Both the position numbers and the translations under genes were made by a program. Below the pieces are notes generated by a model. The model searched no databases and had not been told where the DNA came from. It was given only the letters and a program-made list of their open reading frames with translations. From Acidobacteriota bacterium (GTDB taxonomy: Bacteria; Acidobacteriota; Vicinamibacteria; Vicinamibacterales; SCN-69-37), in NCBI GenBank assembly GCA_020853395.1, contig JADYYY010000011.1, positions 362,166 to 426,165 of the forward strand: 64,000 nt of DNA. Direction: 5' to 3'. Below, piece after piece: positions 47,699-59,693 of the stretch (the stretch's first letter is position 1; each line of letters starts with the position of its first letter).

Positions 47699-50407
47699 AT
47701 GGACACCATGGGCACACTGCGCGAGTGGGTCAGCCGGCTCTGGGGCGTGCTGTCGCCCGACCGGCCGGATCGGGAGCTGGAAGAGGAGCTGCGGCAGCAT
47801 CTCGAGTTCGCGGCCGAGGACGCCCGCCGTCGCGGGCAGACGTCCGAGCGCGACGTGCGGGCGATTCGGTTGCGCGCCGGCGGAATCACGCAGGCCATGG
47901 AAGCGGTGCGCGCCCAGCGCCGCATCCCGACGATCGAGTCCGTCGTGCGCGACGTGCGGTACGGCCTGCGGCAGCTTCGGCTCAGCCCCGGCTTCACGAT
48001 CGTGGCCCTGCTGTCGCTGGCGCTCGGAATCGGCGCCAACTCGGCGATGTTCCAGTTGCTCAATGCGGTTCGGCTGCGCCCGCTCCCGGTCGCCCGGCCC
48101 GCGGAACTGGCGGTCGTGACGCGCTCGGGCTCGTTCTACGGCGCCGGCTGGTCGACGGGGCGCAACGAGTCGTTCACGTTCGCCCAGTACCAGGAGATCT
48201 CGCGGCGCCAGCAGGCGTTCTCGGGCCTGCTGGCGTTCAGCACGCGGCGCTTCAACCTGAGCAGCGGTGGCCAGGTGCGCTACGCGGAAGGTCTGTACGT
48301 GAGCCCGAACTTCCTCGAGGTCCTGGGCGTGAGGCCCCAGCTCGGCGCCTGGCCGGCCGACGTCGACCCGCGCGACTGCGGGCGCGAGGGCGTGCTCTTG
48401 AACGATGGATTCTGGCGACGGGAGTTCGGCGCCGATCCTGGCGTGATCGGCCGCACGATGACGCTCGACGGACGACGGCTTCCCGTGCTCGCGGTCGCGC
48501 CGCCGGCATTCTACGGCGTCGAGCCCGCCTATCGCTTCGACATCGCGGTGCCGCTCTGCGCCGACGCCGGCGCTGACCGGGAGAGCCGCCTCTCCCTGAA
48601 GTGGGCCTGGTGGCTCACGATGATGGGCCGGCTCGAGCCGGGCTGGACGGTGGAGCGCGCCGCGCGTCACCTCCACGAGATCTCGCCGGCGGTCTTCGCG
48701 GAAACCGTGCCCGAGACGTACCGGCCCGACGTGGCGGCGCGCTATCTCGAGAACCGCCTGGGCGCCGCGTCGGCGCAGGCCGGCGTGTCGTCGCTGCGCG
48801 AGCAGTACGAAGGCGCGCTCTGGATCCTGCTGGGCATGACCGCGCTCGTCCTGTGCATTGCGTGCGCGAACCTGGCGAATCTGCTGCTCGCGCGCGCGGC
48901 CGCCCGCGAGCGCGAGGCCGTGCTGCGCCAGGCGCTCGGCGCCTCTCGCGGCCGCCTCGTCCGCCAATTGATGTGCGAGAGCCTGATCCTCGCCGTCGCC
49001 GGCGCTCTCATCGGCACCTGGTTCGCACACGCCTCGAGCCGTGCGCTCGTCGCGTTCCTCAGCGGGTCCGAGGGCGGCCTCTACCTCCCGATCGATCTCG
49101 ACTGGCGCGTGTTGGGATTCACGATCGCCCTCGCCGGCGGGACGTGCGTGCTGTTCGGCCTCGGGCCCGCCCTGCGGGCGACGCTCGTGAGCCCGGCGAG
49201 CGTGATGCACGGCGGCCGCGGCCCGACGTCGCTGGCCGACCGCCACACGTTTCGCCGAGGCCTCGTGGTCTTCCAGGTCGCGCTGTCGTTCGTGCTCCTC
49301 TCCGGCGCCCTGCTGTTCGGCCGAAGCCTGCGGAATCTGACGACGGCCGAAACCGGCATGGTGACGGAGGGTGTGCTCGCGGCCACCGTCACGACAGAGG
49401 CCGACAAGGGGCGGCGGCCTCTCCTGTTCAACGACATCGAAGACCGGGTTCGGCGCCTCCCCGACGTCGCGGCGGCCGCCATCGTGCTCTATCCGCCCTT
49501 CTCGCCAGCCGGATGGAACCAAGAGGTCTACGTCGGATCGGACAAGGCGAAGACGGCGCTCGCGTGGCTCAACCGCGTCAGCCCGCACTACTTCGAGACG
49601 ATGGGCACGCCGATTGTCGCCGGGCGCGACTTCTCGGCGCAGGATCGCGCCGGCACGCCGAACGTCGCCATCGTCAACCAGGCCTTCGCGCGCGCCGTGT
49701 TCGGCGACGCGAACCCGATCGGCGCCCGCTTCGAGTACGAAGCCCAGGCCGGCGAGCAGGACCCGGTCTTCACCGTCGTCGGGCTCGTCGGCAACACGAA
49801 GTACGGCGCGATCCGCGAGAGCACGCGGCTCATCGCGTTCCTTCCCGTTGCGCAGGACGTGCCGATGTCCGATCGGCTCACCGTCGTGCTGCGGGCGCGC
49901 GGCGCGATGAGCAGCGCGCAGGCGGGCGTCGAGCGCGAAGTCGCATCGGTCGATCCACGGGCGCTGATCGAGTTCAAGCCGCTCGACGTGCAGATCGCCG
50001 ACTCGCTGGCCCGCGAGCGGCTCGTCGCGAGCCTGTCAGGCGGGTTCGGCGCGCTGGCCGTCGTGCTCGCGACCCTGGGACTCTACGGCGTGATGGCGTA
50101 CATCATCGCGCGGCGCCGCTCCGAGATCGGTGTCCGCATGGCGCTCGGCGCCGGCCGTGTCGACATCCTCGCGCTCGTGTTCGGCGAGGCGAGCCGCCTG
50201 ATGGTGATCGGCATCGTCCTGGGCGTCGGCGGCAGCCTCCTCGTCCTGCGCTCCGCTACGTCCCTGCTGTTCGGCCTGTCGCCCACCGATCCGGCAACGC
50301 TCGCAATCGCGGCCGTGTGCCTGGCCATCACCGGCCTCATCGCCGTGCTCTTGCCCACGAGGAACGCCGTCCGCACGGATCCCGCGGTGGTGCTGCGCGG
50401 AGACTGA
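47699..50407 (+). CDS. duplicated FtsX/MacB-type permease (ADOP, acidobacterial duplicated orphan permease type)
   Basis: The protein is 902 aa. The characteristic N-terminal leader is LREWVSRLWGVLSPDRPDRELEEELRQHLE. Two MacB-like periplasmic plus FtsX 4-TM modules follow. No ATPase gene is adjacent. It lies 21 nt after the PadR gene. Confidence 0.9.
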   Translation: MDTMGTLREWVSRLWGVLSPDRPDRELEEELRQHLEFAAEDARRRGQTSERDVRAIRLRAGGITQAMEAVRAQRRIPTIESVVRDVRYGLRQLRLSPGFTIVALLSLALGIGANSAMFQLLNAVRLRPLPVARPAELAVVTRSGSFYGAGWSTGRNESFTFAQYQEISRRQQAFSGLLAFSTRRFNLSSGGQVRYAEGLYVSPNFLEVLGVRPQLGAWPADVDPRDCGREGVLLNDGFWRREFGADPGVIGRTMTLDGRRLPVLAVAPPAFYGVEPAYRFDIAVPLCADAGADRESRLSLKWAWWLTMMGRLEPGWTVERAARHLHEISPAVFAETVPETYRPDVAARYLENRLGAASAQAGVSSLREQYEGALWILLGMTALVLCIACANLANLLLARAAAREREAVLRQALGASRGRLVRQLMCESLILAVAGALIGTWFAHASSRALVAFLSGSEGGLYLPIDLDWRVLGFTIALAGGTCVLFGLGPALRATLVSPASVMHGGRGPTSLADRHTFRRGLVVFQVALSFVLLSGALLFGRSLRNLTTAETGMVTEGVLAATVTTEADKGRRPLLFNDIEDRVRRLPDVAAAAIVLYPPFSPAGWNQEVYVGSDKAKTALAWLNRVSPHYFETMGTPIVAGRDFSAQDRAGTPNVAIVNQAFARAVFGDANPIGARFEYEAQAGEQDPVFTVVGLVGNTKYGAIRESTRLIAFLPVAQDVPMSDRLTVVLRARGAMSSAQAGVEREVASVDPRALIEFKPLDVQIADSLARERLVASLSGGFGALAVVLATLGLYGVMAYIIARRRSEIGVRMALGAGRVDILALVFGEASRLMVIGIVLGVGGSLLVLRSATSLLFGLSPTDPATLAIAAVCLAITGLIAVLLPTRNAVRTDPAVVLRGD

Positions 50408-50647
50408 CACGACGCGGCACTCCGTCTGCCGCAACGTCGCGGTGCGAGGACGACGCGCGCCGATCCGGCTGGAGGACGAGCGCTCGGACGCGCGCCAATC
50501 GACGCCGCGGTCGGCTGCATGGACATGCACCGCCGCTGCATAGAAATGCGTTCATTGTGTCGCGTGCGGTTTTCAACGATTCTTTCCCCAATGAATGCCT
50601 GACAGCGCATCTCGATCTGCCGCTGCGACGTCGTCATTGAGGTACCC

Positions 50648-53958
<3,311 letters not shown>

Positions 53959-54159
53959 TCGCGCGGCGCGCGAACTCTGGTCCACCGCGCGCAGCCGACT
54001 CGTCCACGCTGCTACATCGATAGGGGCCGCGGTTCGTCAGACTCGCGTGTCCCACGGTGACGCTCCGAGCGGAGTCCACTCGGGAAGGTCATCATCCGTC
54101 CGAAATGGTGCCGTCCCGTCGGTCGGCGTGTCAGCCCGTTGGTCGGCAGACGGCCGGCA

Positions 54160-54182
54160 ATTTCGCGTCCACAACGCGAAAT
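54160..54182 (-). terminator. possible stem-loop downstream of tRNA-Leu
   Basis: An 8-bp stem pairs ATTTCGCG with CGCGAAAT around a 7-nt loop. It lies about 30 nt beyond the tRNA 3' end on the minus strand. There is no clear U-tract, so support is weak. Confidence 0.3.
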
Positions 54183-54211
54183 CGCTCGGGTGTCCTGGCT
54201 CTTGTCTTGGT

Positions 54212-54298
54212 TGGTGCGGAAGGAGAGATTCGAACTCTCACGGTCTTGCGACCGCCAGCCCCTCAAGCTGGTGCGTCTGCCAGTTCCGCCACTTCCGC
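54212..54298 (-). tRNA. tRNA-Leu (anticodon GAG), class II with a long variable arm, CCA encoded
   Basis: The reverse complement reads GCGGAAGTGGCGGAACTGGCAGACGCACCAGCTTGAGGGGCTGGCGGTCGCAAGACCGTGAGAGTTCGAATCTCTCCTTCCGCACCA. The acceptor stem is GCGGAAG/CTTCCGC. The anticodon stem is CCAGC/GCTGG with loop TTGAGGG. The variable arm is CGGTC-GCAA-GACCG. The T arm is GAGAG-TTCGAAT-CTCTC. Confidence 0.9.
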
Positions 54299-54387
54299 AG
54301 GGAGGTTGGACGTTCGTCGCGCACCGGCGGGCGCGAGCACATCAGTATACCTCGGCGCCAGACGGTCGCGAGCGGCCGCGTGGCGCC

Positions 54388-54759
54388 TCAGTTCGAGTCT
54401 GCCGTCCCGTCGCTGGGGTCTGACCCAAATCGCAGCACGTGGCCATCAGGATCGGTGACTCGCATCTCGACTGCCCACGGGAAGTGCTCAGGCGGTTGGA
54501 CGATGAACGCGCCGCGAGCCTGATACTCACGGTGAAGTGCCTCTACGTTCCCGACTCCGAGCCAGACCCACGTCCCCGGATGGCCTTGATCGCCGAGGGC
54601 CAGATAAATCGACGCACCGTCGCGTGTCACACAGGCGAACTCGTCGCCGCTCCATTCCTCGTTCGTGAAGCCCAGAGCTTCCTCGTAGTAGCGGATGCTC
54701 CGCGCCATGTCATCGACGCGCAGAATCGGGCTCGCATGCTCGAACTTCGTCTGATTCAT
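54388..54759 (-). CDS. VOC/glyoxalase-bleomycin resistance family protein
   Basis: The ATG is at 54759 (the track start at 54774 is TTG). SPILRVDDMARSIRYYEEALGF...MRVTDPDGHVLRFG is the typical VOC beta-alpha-beta-beta-beta module. Confidence 0.8.
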   Translation of the reverse strand: MNQTKFEHASPILRVDDMARSIRYYEEALGFTNEEWSGDEFACVTRDGASIYLALGDQGHPGTWVWLGVGNVEALHREYQARGAFIVQPPEHFPWAVEMRVTDPDGHVLRFGSDPSDGTADSN

Positions 54760-54872
54760 CCCGTGCTCCTGCAAACCGCGACGCTACCGGCGGCCGCAGC
54801 ATGGCGTGCGCGGCGGCAGCCGCAAACCGACGGGCGCCACTCGGCGCCGGTCCGGGCGGACGCTCGTGACGC

Positions 54873-55538
54873 TCAACGCCGCGACATGAACCCGCGGATG
54901 GAGAAGGCCGCGGCCATCCCGAAGCAGATCAGAATCCCGACCCACGGCGCGACGACCGAGACGACGAACGCGGTGGCATAGGCGAGCGGCCCCCACCGGT
55001 ACTGCGCCGACATCGCCTGCACCTCCGCCTCCATGTGGCCGGGCGTGAGCAGGCGGCCTCGCCGGATCGCGTGGCGCCACACGCCGGTGAACGCCAGCGC
55101 GCTGAGCAGACCGTGCCCCGAGTAGACGATGGCGGCGAGCCGCAGTTGCTCGTGCGTGCCCTCGCCCATGTACTCGGCGAGGAGCGCGGTCGGGAACGGC
55201 ACGAACGTGACCGCCATCAGCAGGAGCCCGTTCCAGAACAGGAACGCATCGTCGGATCGCCGGACGACCGTGAAGATGCGGTGATGGTTGACCCACATCA
55301 CGAGGACGATCGCGAAGCTCATCACGAACGCGAGCAGCGACGGCCAGAGGTGGAGCAACGCGCCGCCGAGATCGAAGGCGGCGGCCTCGTCGGCCGGCGG
55401 CCGTGGCACCCGGATGTCGAGGATGAGCAGCGTGATCGCGATGGCGAAGACGCCGTCGCTGAACGCCTCGATGCGGCCGGTTTCCTTCTCCGGGACGGCA
55501 GGCGGGGACGGACCACTGGCGTGCGGTGATGACGGCAT
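54873..55538 (-). CDS. TMEM175/DUF1211 family potassium channel-like membrane protein
   Basis: The hallmark RIEAFSDGVFAIAITLLILD lies in the first helix. There are six hydrophobic helices. I chose the start at 55538; the track start is 55589. Confidence 0.85.
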   Translation of the reverse strand: MPSSPHASGPSPPAVPEKETGRIEAFSDGVFAIAITLLILDIRVPRPPADEAAAFDLGGALLHLWPSLLAFVMSFAIVLVMWVNHHRIFTVVRRSDDAFLFWNGLLLMAVTFVPFPTALLAEYMGEGTHEQLRLAAIVYSGHGLLSALAFTGVWRHAIRRGRLLTPGHMEAEVQAMSAQYRWGPLAYATAFVVSVVAPWVGILICFGMAAAFSIRGFMSRR

Positions 55539-55673
55539 GGCCGCGCATTCTACGCGGGATGAAGCCGGCGTGCACTCGCCGCGCGACATCGGCCGCCGCC
55601 TCGCACGATGGCATTTGACGCAGGCGCGCCGCGGTGTTCATGATCGGTGCGGTGGCCGATGGGATCGACTCCA

Positions 55674-56189
55674 ATGCGTGAGCGCCGGGTTCGGGTGGCT
55701 GGATCGAGCTTGCTGGTGGCGGCGTTCCTGCTGGTTGGCCCGCGGCCCGTGCTCGCGCAGCTTCCGGACGGGCCGGGCAAGGAGACCGTCGTCAAGGTGT
55801 GCGGCGTGTGCCACGACCCGGCGATCGCGGCGTCCATCAAGCTCACGCGCGACGGCTGGCAGACGACGATCGGCGACATGGTCTCGCGCGGGGCGAAGGC
55901 CAGCGACGAGGATCTGAACGCGATCCTCGATTACCTCAGCCGCCACTTCCTCGGCGAGGCCGACAAGCCGCTGAACATGAACCTGGCCACGGCCGTCGAG
56001 CTCGAGAGCGTGCTCGAGCTGCTGCGGAAGGAAGCGGCGGCGCTCATCGCCGAGCGCGAAAAGCGCAAGGGATTCACCTCGATCGACGACCTCAAGAACA
56101 TCCCCGGCGTGCCGTTCAAGAAGATCGAGGCGAAGAAAGATCGGCTGGTCTTCGTCATCTTGCCGCCGAACCCGCCGTCCTCGCCGTAG
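55674..56189 (+). CDS. exported mono-heme c-type cytochrome domain fused to a ComEA-like helix-hairpin-helix domain
   Basis: A signal peptide is followed by the heme site VCGVCHD, then GWQTTIGDMVSRGA...LNAILDYL. The C-terminal LNMNLATAVELESV...GFTSIDDLKNIPGVPFKKIE is HhH/ComEA-like. The start is uncertain (55647, 55659 or 55674). Confidence 0.7.
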   Translation: MRERRVRVAGSSLLVAAFLLVGPRPVLAQLPDGPGKETVVKVCGVCHDPAIAASIKLTRDGWQTTIGDMVSRGAKASDEDLNAILDYLSRHFLGEADKPLNMNLATAVELESVLELLRKEAAALIAEREKRKGFTSIDDLKNIPGVPFKKIEAKKDRLVFVILPPNPPSSP

Positions 56190-56192
56190 CCG

Positions 56193-57902
56193 TCAGTGCT
56201 CCATCGGCACGCCGAACGCGTAGAGACGGTTGTCGTACGTCACCAGGTACACCTGGCCGGCGGCCGCGACGATGCCGCCGCGCACGAACGAGCGGATCGT
56301 GAGCCCGCTGTTCCAGAGCTCCTTGCCGCTGGCACCGTCGAGCGCGTAGAGCACACCGTTCGTCGAGCGTGACGCGCGCGCGGCCGCGCTCATCTCGCCA
56401 GCCGGCCGGTGCTCGCCGCTCGCGGCCACGAACACCAGGCCATTGACGACGGTCGGCGGCGTTGGCGCCGGGACGTTGCGCGAGCGCCACGCCGGTTCGA
56501 CGGCGAGCGTGCCTCCCTTCTCGACGAGCCTGAAGGCGACGACGCTGCCGGCCGCGGCGACGCCGTTGCCGGCGAACGCGGCGCCGCCAGCAGGCGCCGC
56601 GCCCGACGTCGCGAGAATCCACTGCGTGCTGGCGTCCTGCCACGTCGCCAGTCCCGGCATGGCGCCGGGCGCGGTGAACGCGTCGCTCACGGCCACGGCG
56701 GTGCGATGGTCGGCGCCGCCGAGCGCCGCGGCATCGAGCAGGTACAGCTTGCCGTCGCTCGCCGTGACGGCGACGAGGTCGCGGTTGCCGCGGCGTACAA
56801 CGATCGGCGGCGACGTGAGCTCGAGGCCCGGCACCGAGAACCAGTTCTTCACCGTGAGCGTCTCGCGGTCGAGCGCGACGACGGCATGGGCATGGCGCGC
56901 GACCGGCGCGGCGGACGCGGAGAGCACGGTGGCGCGCCGCACCGGTTCGGCGCCGAGCGTGACGAACAGCGTGCCGTCGGCGGCGAACGCCGGCGTGCCG
57001 CCGCCGACGAAGTCGGCGCCGCCCGTCTCCCACTTCGTCACCTTGTGTTCCGGCGTCGTCGTGTCGAGGGCCCAGATCGCGTTCGGCACGGCGCCGCAGT
57101 CGTGCGAGGTCGTCGTGTAGACGACGCCGTCAATCCAGATCAGCGCGGAGGCACGGACGTCCGGCGGCAGGAACGGGATCGGCGCGGCGGCTTCGCTGCC
57201 GTTGCTCGCGCGCAGCGTGCGCAGCAGGCCGTCGCTGCCGACGGCGTAGATGGGGTCCACGCCGCCGAACGGCACCGGCGGGACGGCGGCGCGGGCGCCG
57301 CGCGCCGGCCCGGCCGGCGGCGGCGCGGCGGGGGCCGGGCCGCGCCCGCGCTGCTGCGCCAGCACGGCCGCGCCCTGTCCGGGCTCGCCGACGGCGCTGC
57401 CGCTCCGCGCGCCGCGCCCGCCGCCCCCGCCCCGGCCGAAGGCCGAGGGCGCCAGGTTCGTGCGGCGCGTCGGCGTCGCCGTCAGGCCGCCAGGGCAGAG
57501 CCACGTGCTCGGCGGCTGGCCGCCGGTCGCGGCCGAGTAGGTGAGGTGCGCCGTCCAGTAGGGCCGGTTCAGGTCGGTGTCGATCGCGAACACGCGGTCG
57601 GCGCTGCCGCCGACGAACGCGAGCGCCTTGAAGCCGCGATAGCCGATCAGCCGGTCGAGGATCACCGGCGGCGTGAGCGCGTTGAGCTGGCGCGTCTCGT
57701 TGTCGAGCTCGGCGCGCCACAGGAACTTGAAGTTGCCGCTCGTGACGGCGTCCTTCGTGAGGCGCTCATCGGCCCGGACCCACGCGGTCTGCTGCGCGTC
57801 GAACCGGCTCGTCGTCCACTCGCCGCCCTGGCCGCGCACGGCCATGGCGGAGGCGAGCGTGAGGACGGCGGTCAACGGCAGCGTCAGCGGCATTCGCGTC
57901 AT
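56193..57902 (-). CDS. secreted PQQ-like (BamB-type) beta-propeller repeat protein, copy 1
   Basis: It has a signal peptide and repeated motifs of the form G.VY....DG.LYALD..TG...W (NGVLYALDGASGKELW, GQVYLVTYDNRLYAFG). LCPGGLTATP is shared with copy 2. Confidence 0.75.
   Translation of the reverse strand: MTRMPLTLPLTAVLTLASAMAVRGQGGEWTTSRFDAQQTAWVRADERLTKDAVTSGNFKFLWRAELDNETRQLNALTPPVILDRLIGYRGFKALAFVGGSADRVFAIDTDLNRPYWTAHLTYSAATGGQPPSTWLCPGGLTATPTRRTNLAPSAFGRGGGGGRGARSGSAVGEPGQGAAVLAQQRGRGPAPAAPPPAGPARGARAAVPPVPFGGVDPIYAVGSDGLLRTLRASNGSEAAAPIPFLPPDVRASALIWIDGVVYTTTSHDCGAVPNAIWALDTTTPEHKVTKWETGGADFVGGGTPAFAADGTLFVTLGAEPVRRATVLSASAAPVARHAHAVVALDRETLTVKNWFSVPGLELTSPPIVVRRGNRDLVAVTASDGKLYLLDAAALGGADHRTAVAVSDAFTAPGAMPGLATWQDASTQWILATSGAAPAGGAAFAGNGVAAAGSVVAFRLVEKGGTLAVEPAWRSRNVPAPTPPTVVNGLVFVAASGEHRPAGEMSAAARASRSTNGVLYALDGASGKELWNSGLTIRSFVRGGIVAAAGQVYLVTYDNRLYAFGVPMEH
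57261..57452 (-). repeat. low-complexity G/R/A/P-rich coding insert in PQQ-like propeller copy 1
   Basis: The translation is APSAFGRGGGGGRGARSGSAVGEPGQGAAVLAQQRGRGPAPAAPPPAGPARGARAAVPPVPFGG. The insert is absent from copy 2 at the corresponding position. Confidence 0.65.
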
Positions 57903-57977
57903 CGAACGGTTCTCCCATGCACGTCGGGCCGGCCGGCGCCTCGGGCAATGGCGCCGGCGACGACCCGCGCGCGCCGG

Positions 57978-59576
57978 TTACGGCCTGATCCCGAAGCAGT
58001 ACAACTTCCCGTCGTAGGTCCCGATGTACACGCGGCCGTTCGCCATCGACAGGCTCGTGAAGTGGTTGAACGACGTGATCGTGTCGCCGCTCGACCACAG
58101 CGTCTCGCCCGTCTTCGCGTCGAGCGCGTAGAGGACGGCGTGCGTCGAGCGGGCGATGCGATTGGCGGCCGTGTTGTAGGCCAGCCCGATGTCGGCGGTC
58201 GCCTGCGTGCCGTCCTCGCCGCTGCCGTAGCCGAAGACGACGCCGTTGGCGACGAGCGCGGGGTCAGCCATGTTCATGTCGCGCGACAGCCAGGCCGGCG
58301 CCAGCCGCACCTCTGTGCCGGCCGTCTCCATCCGGAACGCGGCGATCGCACCGTGCACCACCTCGCCATGCTCGATCGGCGCGCTGAACTTCGAGTGCTT
58401 CGGTCCCCAGAAGGGCATCAGGATCCAGCGCGTGCCGTTCGGCTCCTCCCACGTGGCGAGCGCGCCCCACACGCCCGCCGAGGCGAACTGCACTTCCTCG
58501 TTGCAGACGAGGGGCGTCCGATATACCGGCGTGCGATGGTCTTCGCCGCCGAGCGCCGACGTGTCGAGCAGCCAGAGACGGCACTCCTTGCTCGACTGGA
58601 CCGTGTACTCCCGGCCCTTGTAGTCGAACACCGGGCCGGTGACGTTCATGTCGAGATCGCGCTTGCGGAGCCAGTAGGCGTTCGATGGCGCGTACCAGTC
58701 GGCGAGCTCCATGGCTTTCGTCAGCGGATTCTGTTTCGCCGCGACGATCGCCTGGCCGTACACCTGCTGGGCCGGGTAGTAGTCGCCGTCGCCGCTGCCC
58801 GCGTACACGCGGCCGTCCTTGCCGATCGACGGACCGAGCCTCGGCCACAGTCCGCCGCTGCCGGGATTGAAGCTGCCGACCTTCTTCGTCTCGAGGTCGT
58901 ACGAGTAGAACTGGTTCGGGTTGCCGCCGCAGCCCTGCGCCGTCGTCGTGTAGAGCACGTTCTCGTGGATGTTGAGCGCGTAGGGCTTGCCGTTCGGCGG
59001 CAGGAAGGGTTCGGCGGGCGCGAGGTCTTCGCCGGTCGCGACGTCGAGCTGCCTGAGCCGGCCATCCCAGGAGATGGCGTAGATCCGGTACTTGCCCGGC
59101 TGTCCGGCCGGCACGACGAGCGGCGTGGCGGTCAGGCCGCCGGGGCAGAGCGGCCCGTAGCCCTGGCCGTTGGCCGGCGGCGTGAAGGTGCTGTCGAACC
59201 GGCGCTTCCAGAGCTGCCGGCCGGTCGCGAGGTCGACGCCGTAGATGTTGTCCGAGACGCCGGCGAGCACGCCGATGTCTCGCGGCCCGCCGGCGGTCGC
59301 CACGTCCGGCACGAGCAGCGGCGGAAAGAGATTGTGCATCTGCCGCGGCTCGTTGTCGGTCTGCAGCGTCCAGAGCAGCGTCATGTCGCGGACGGTGGCC
59401 GGGCTGATGATCGTCTCGTGCCGCTGCCATGACGTGCGCTGCGGATCGCCGCCGTCCATGAGCCAACTGGCCTTCACCGCCGGCGCGGCCGACTGGCGGC
59501 CGTCAGGGGCCGACCCGGCCCGCAGGGACGCGGCCGCGGCGATCGCAGCGGCCACGGCGATGGCGATACGTCTCAT
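57978..59576 (-). CDS. secreted PQQ-like (BamB-type) beta-propeller repeat protein, copy 2
   Basis: It has a signal peptide. NIYGVDLATGRQLW, GRVYAGSGDGDYY, AVLYALDAKTGETLW and GRVYIGTYDGKLYCFG are repeat motifs. LCPGGLTATP is present. Confidence 0.75.
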   Translation of the reverse strand: MRRIAIAVAAAIAAAASLRAGSAPDGRQSAAPAVKASWLMDGGDPQRTSWQRHETIISPATVRDMTLLWTLQTDNEPRQMHNLFPPLLVPDVATAGGPRDIGVLAGVSDNIYGVDLATGRQLWKRRFDSTFTPPANGQGYGPLCPGGLTATPLVVPAGQPGKYRIYAISWDGRLRQLDVATGEDLAPAEPFLPPNGKPYALNIHENVLYTTTAQGCGGNPNQFYSYDLETKKVGSFNPGSGGLWPRLGPSIGKDGRVYAGSGDGDYYPAQQVYGQAIVAAKQNPLTKAMELADWYAPSNAYWLRKRDLDMNVTGPVFDYKGREYTVQSSKECRLWLLDTSALGGEDHRTPVYRTPLVCNEEVQFASAGVWGALATWEEPNGTRWILMPFWGPKHSKFSAPIEHGEVVHGAIAAFRMETAGTEVRLAPAWLSRDMNMADPALVANGVVFGYGSGEDGTQATADIGLAYNTAANRIARSTHAVLYALDAKTGETLWSSGDTITSFNHFTSLSMANGRVYIGTYDGKLYCFGIRP

Positions 59577-59693
59577 CTCTCGACTCCTTCAGGCACGCGA
59601 CGCATCCGACGACCCAACGTGCGCGCGCGCCCTGGCCTGTCCGAACACATCCGTGCCACGGTACTCACGCGGCGTCCCGATCCGCACGCGACG

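Noticed and set aside
53959-54387. tRNA-Leu as a possible integration site for a genomic island
   Set aside because: There is no integrase, recombinase or phage gene. I saw no direct repeat of the tRNA 3' end within the window. The flanking genes (esterase, VOC protein, TMEM175-like channel) look like ordinary chromosomal genes with the same GC character.
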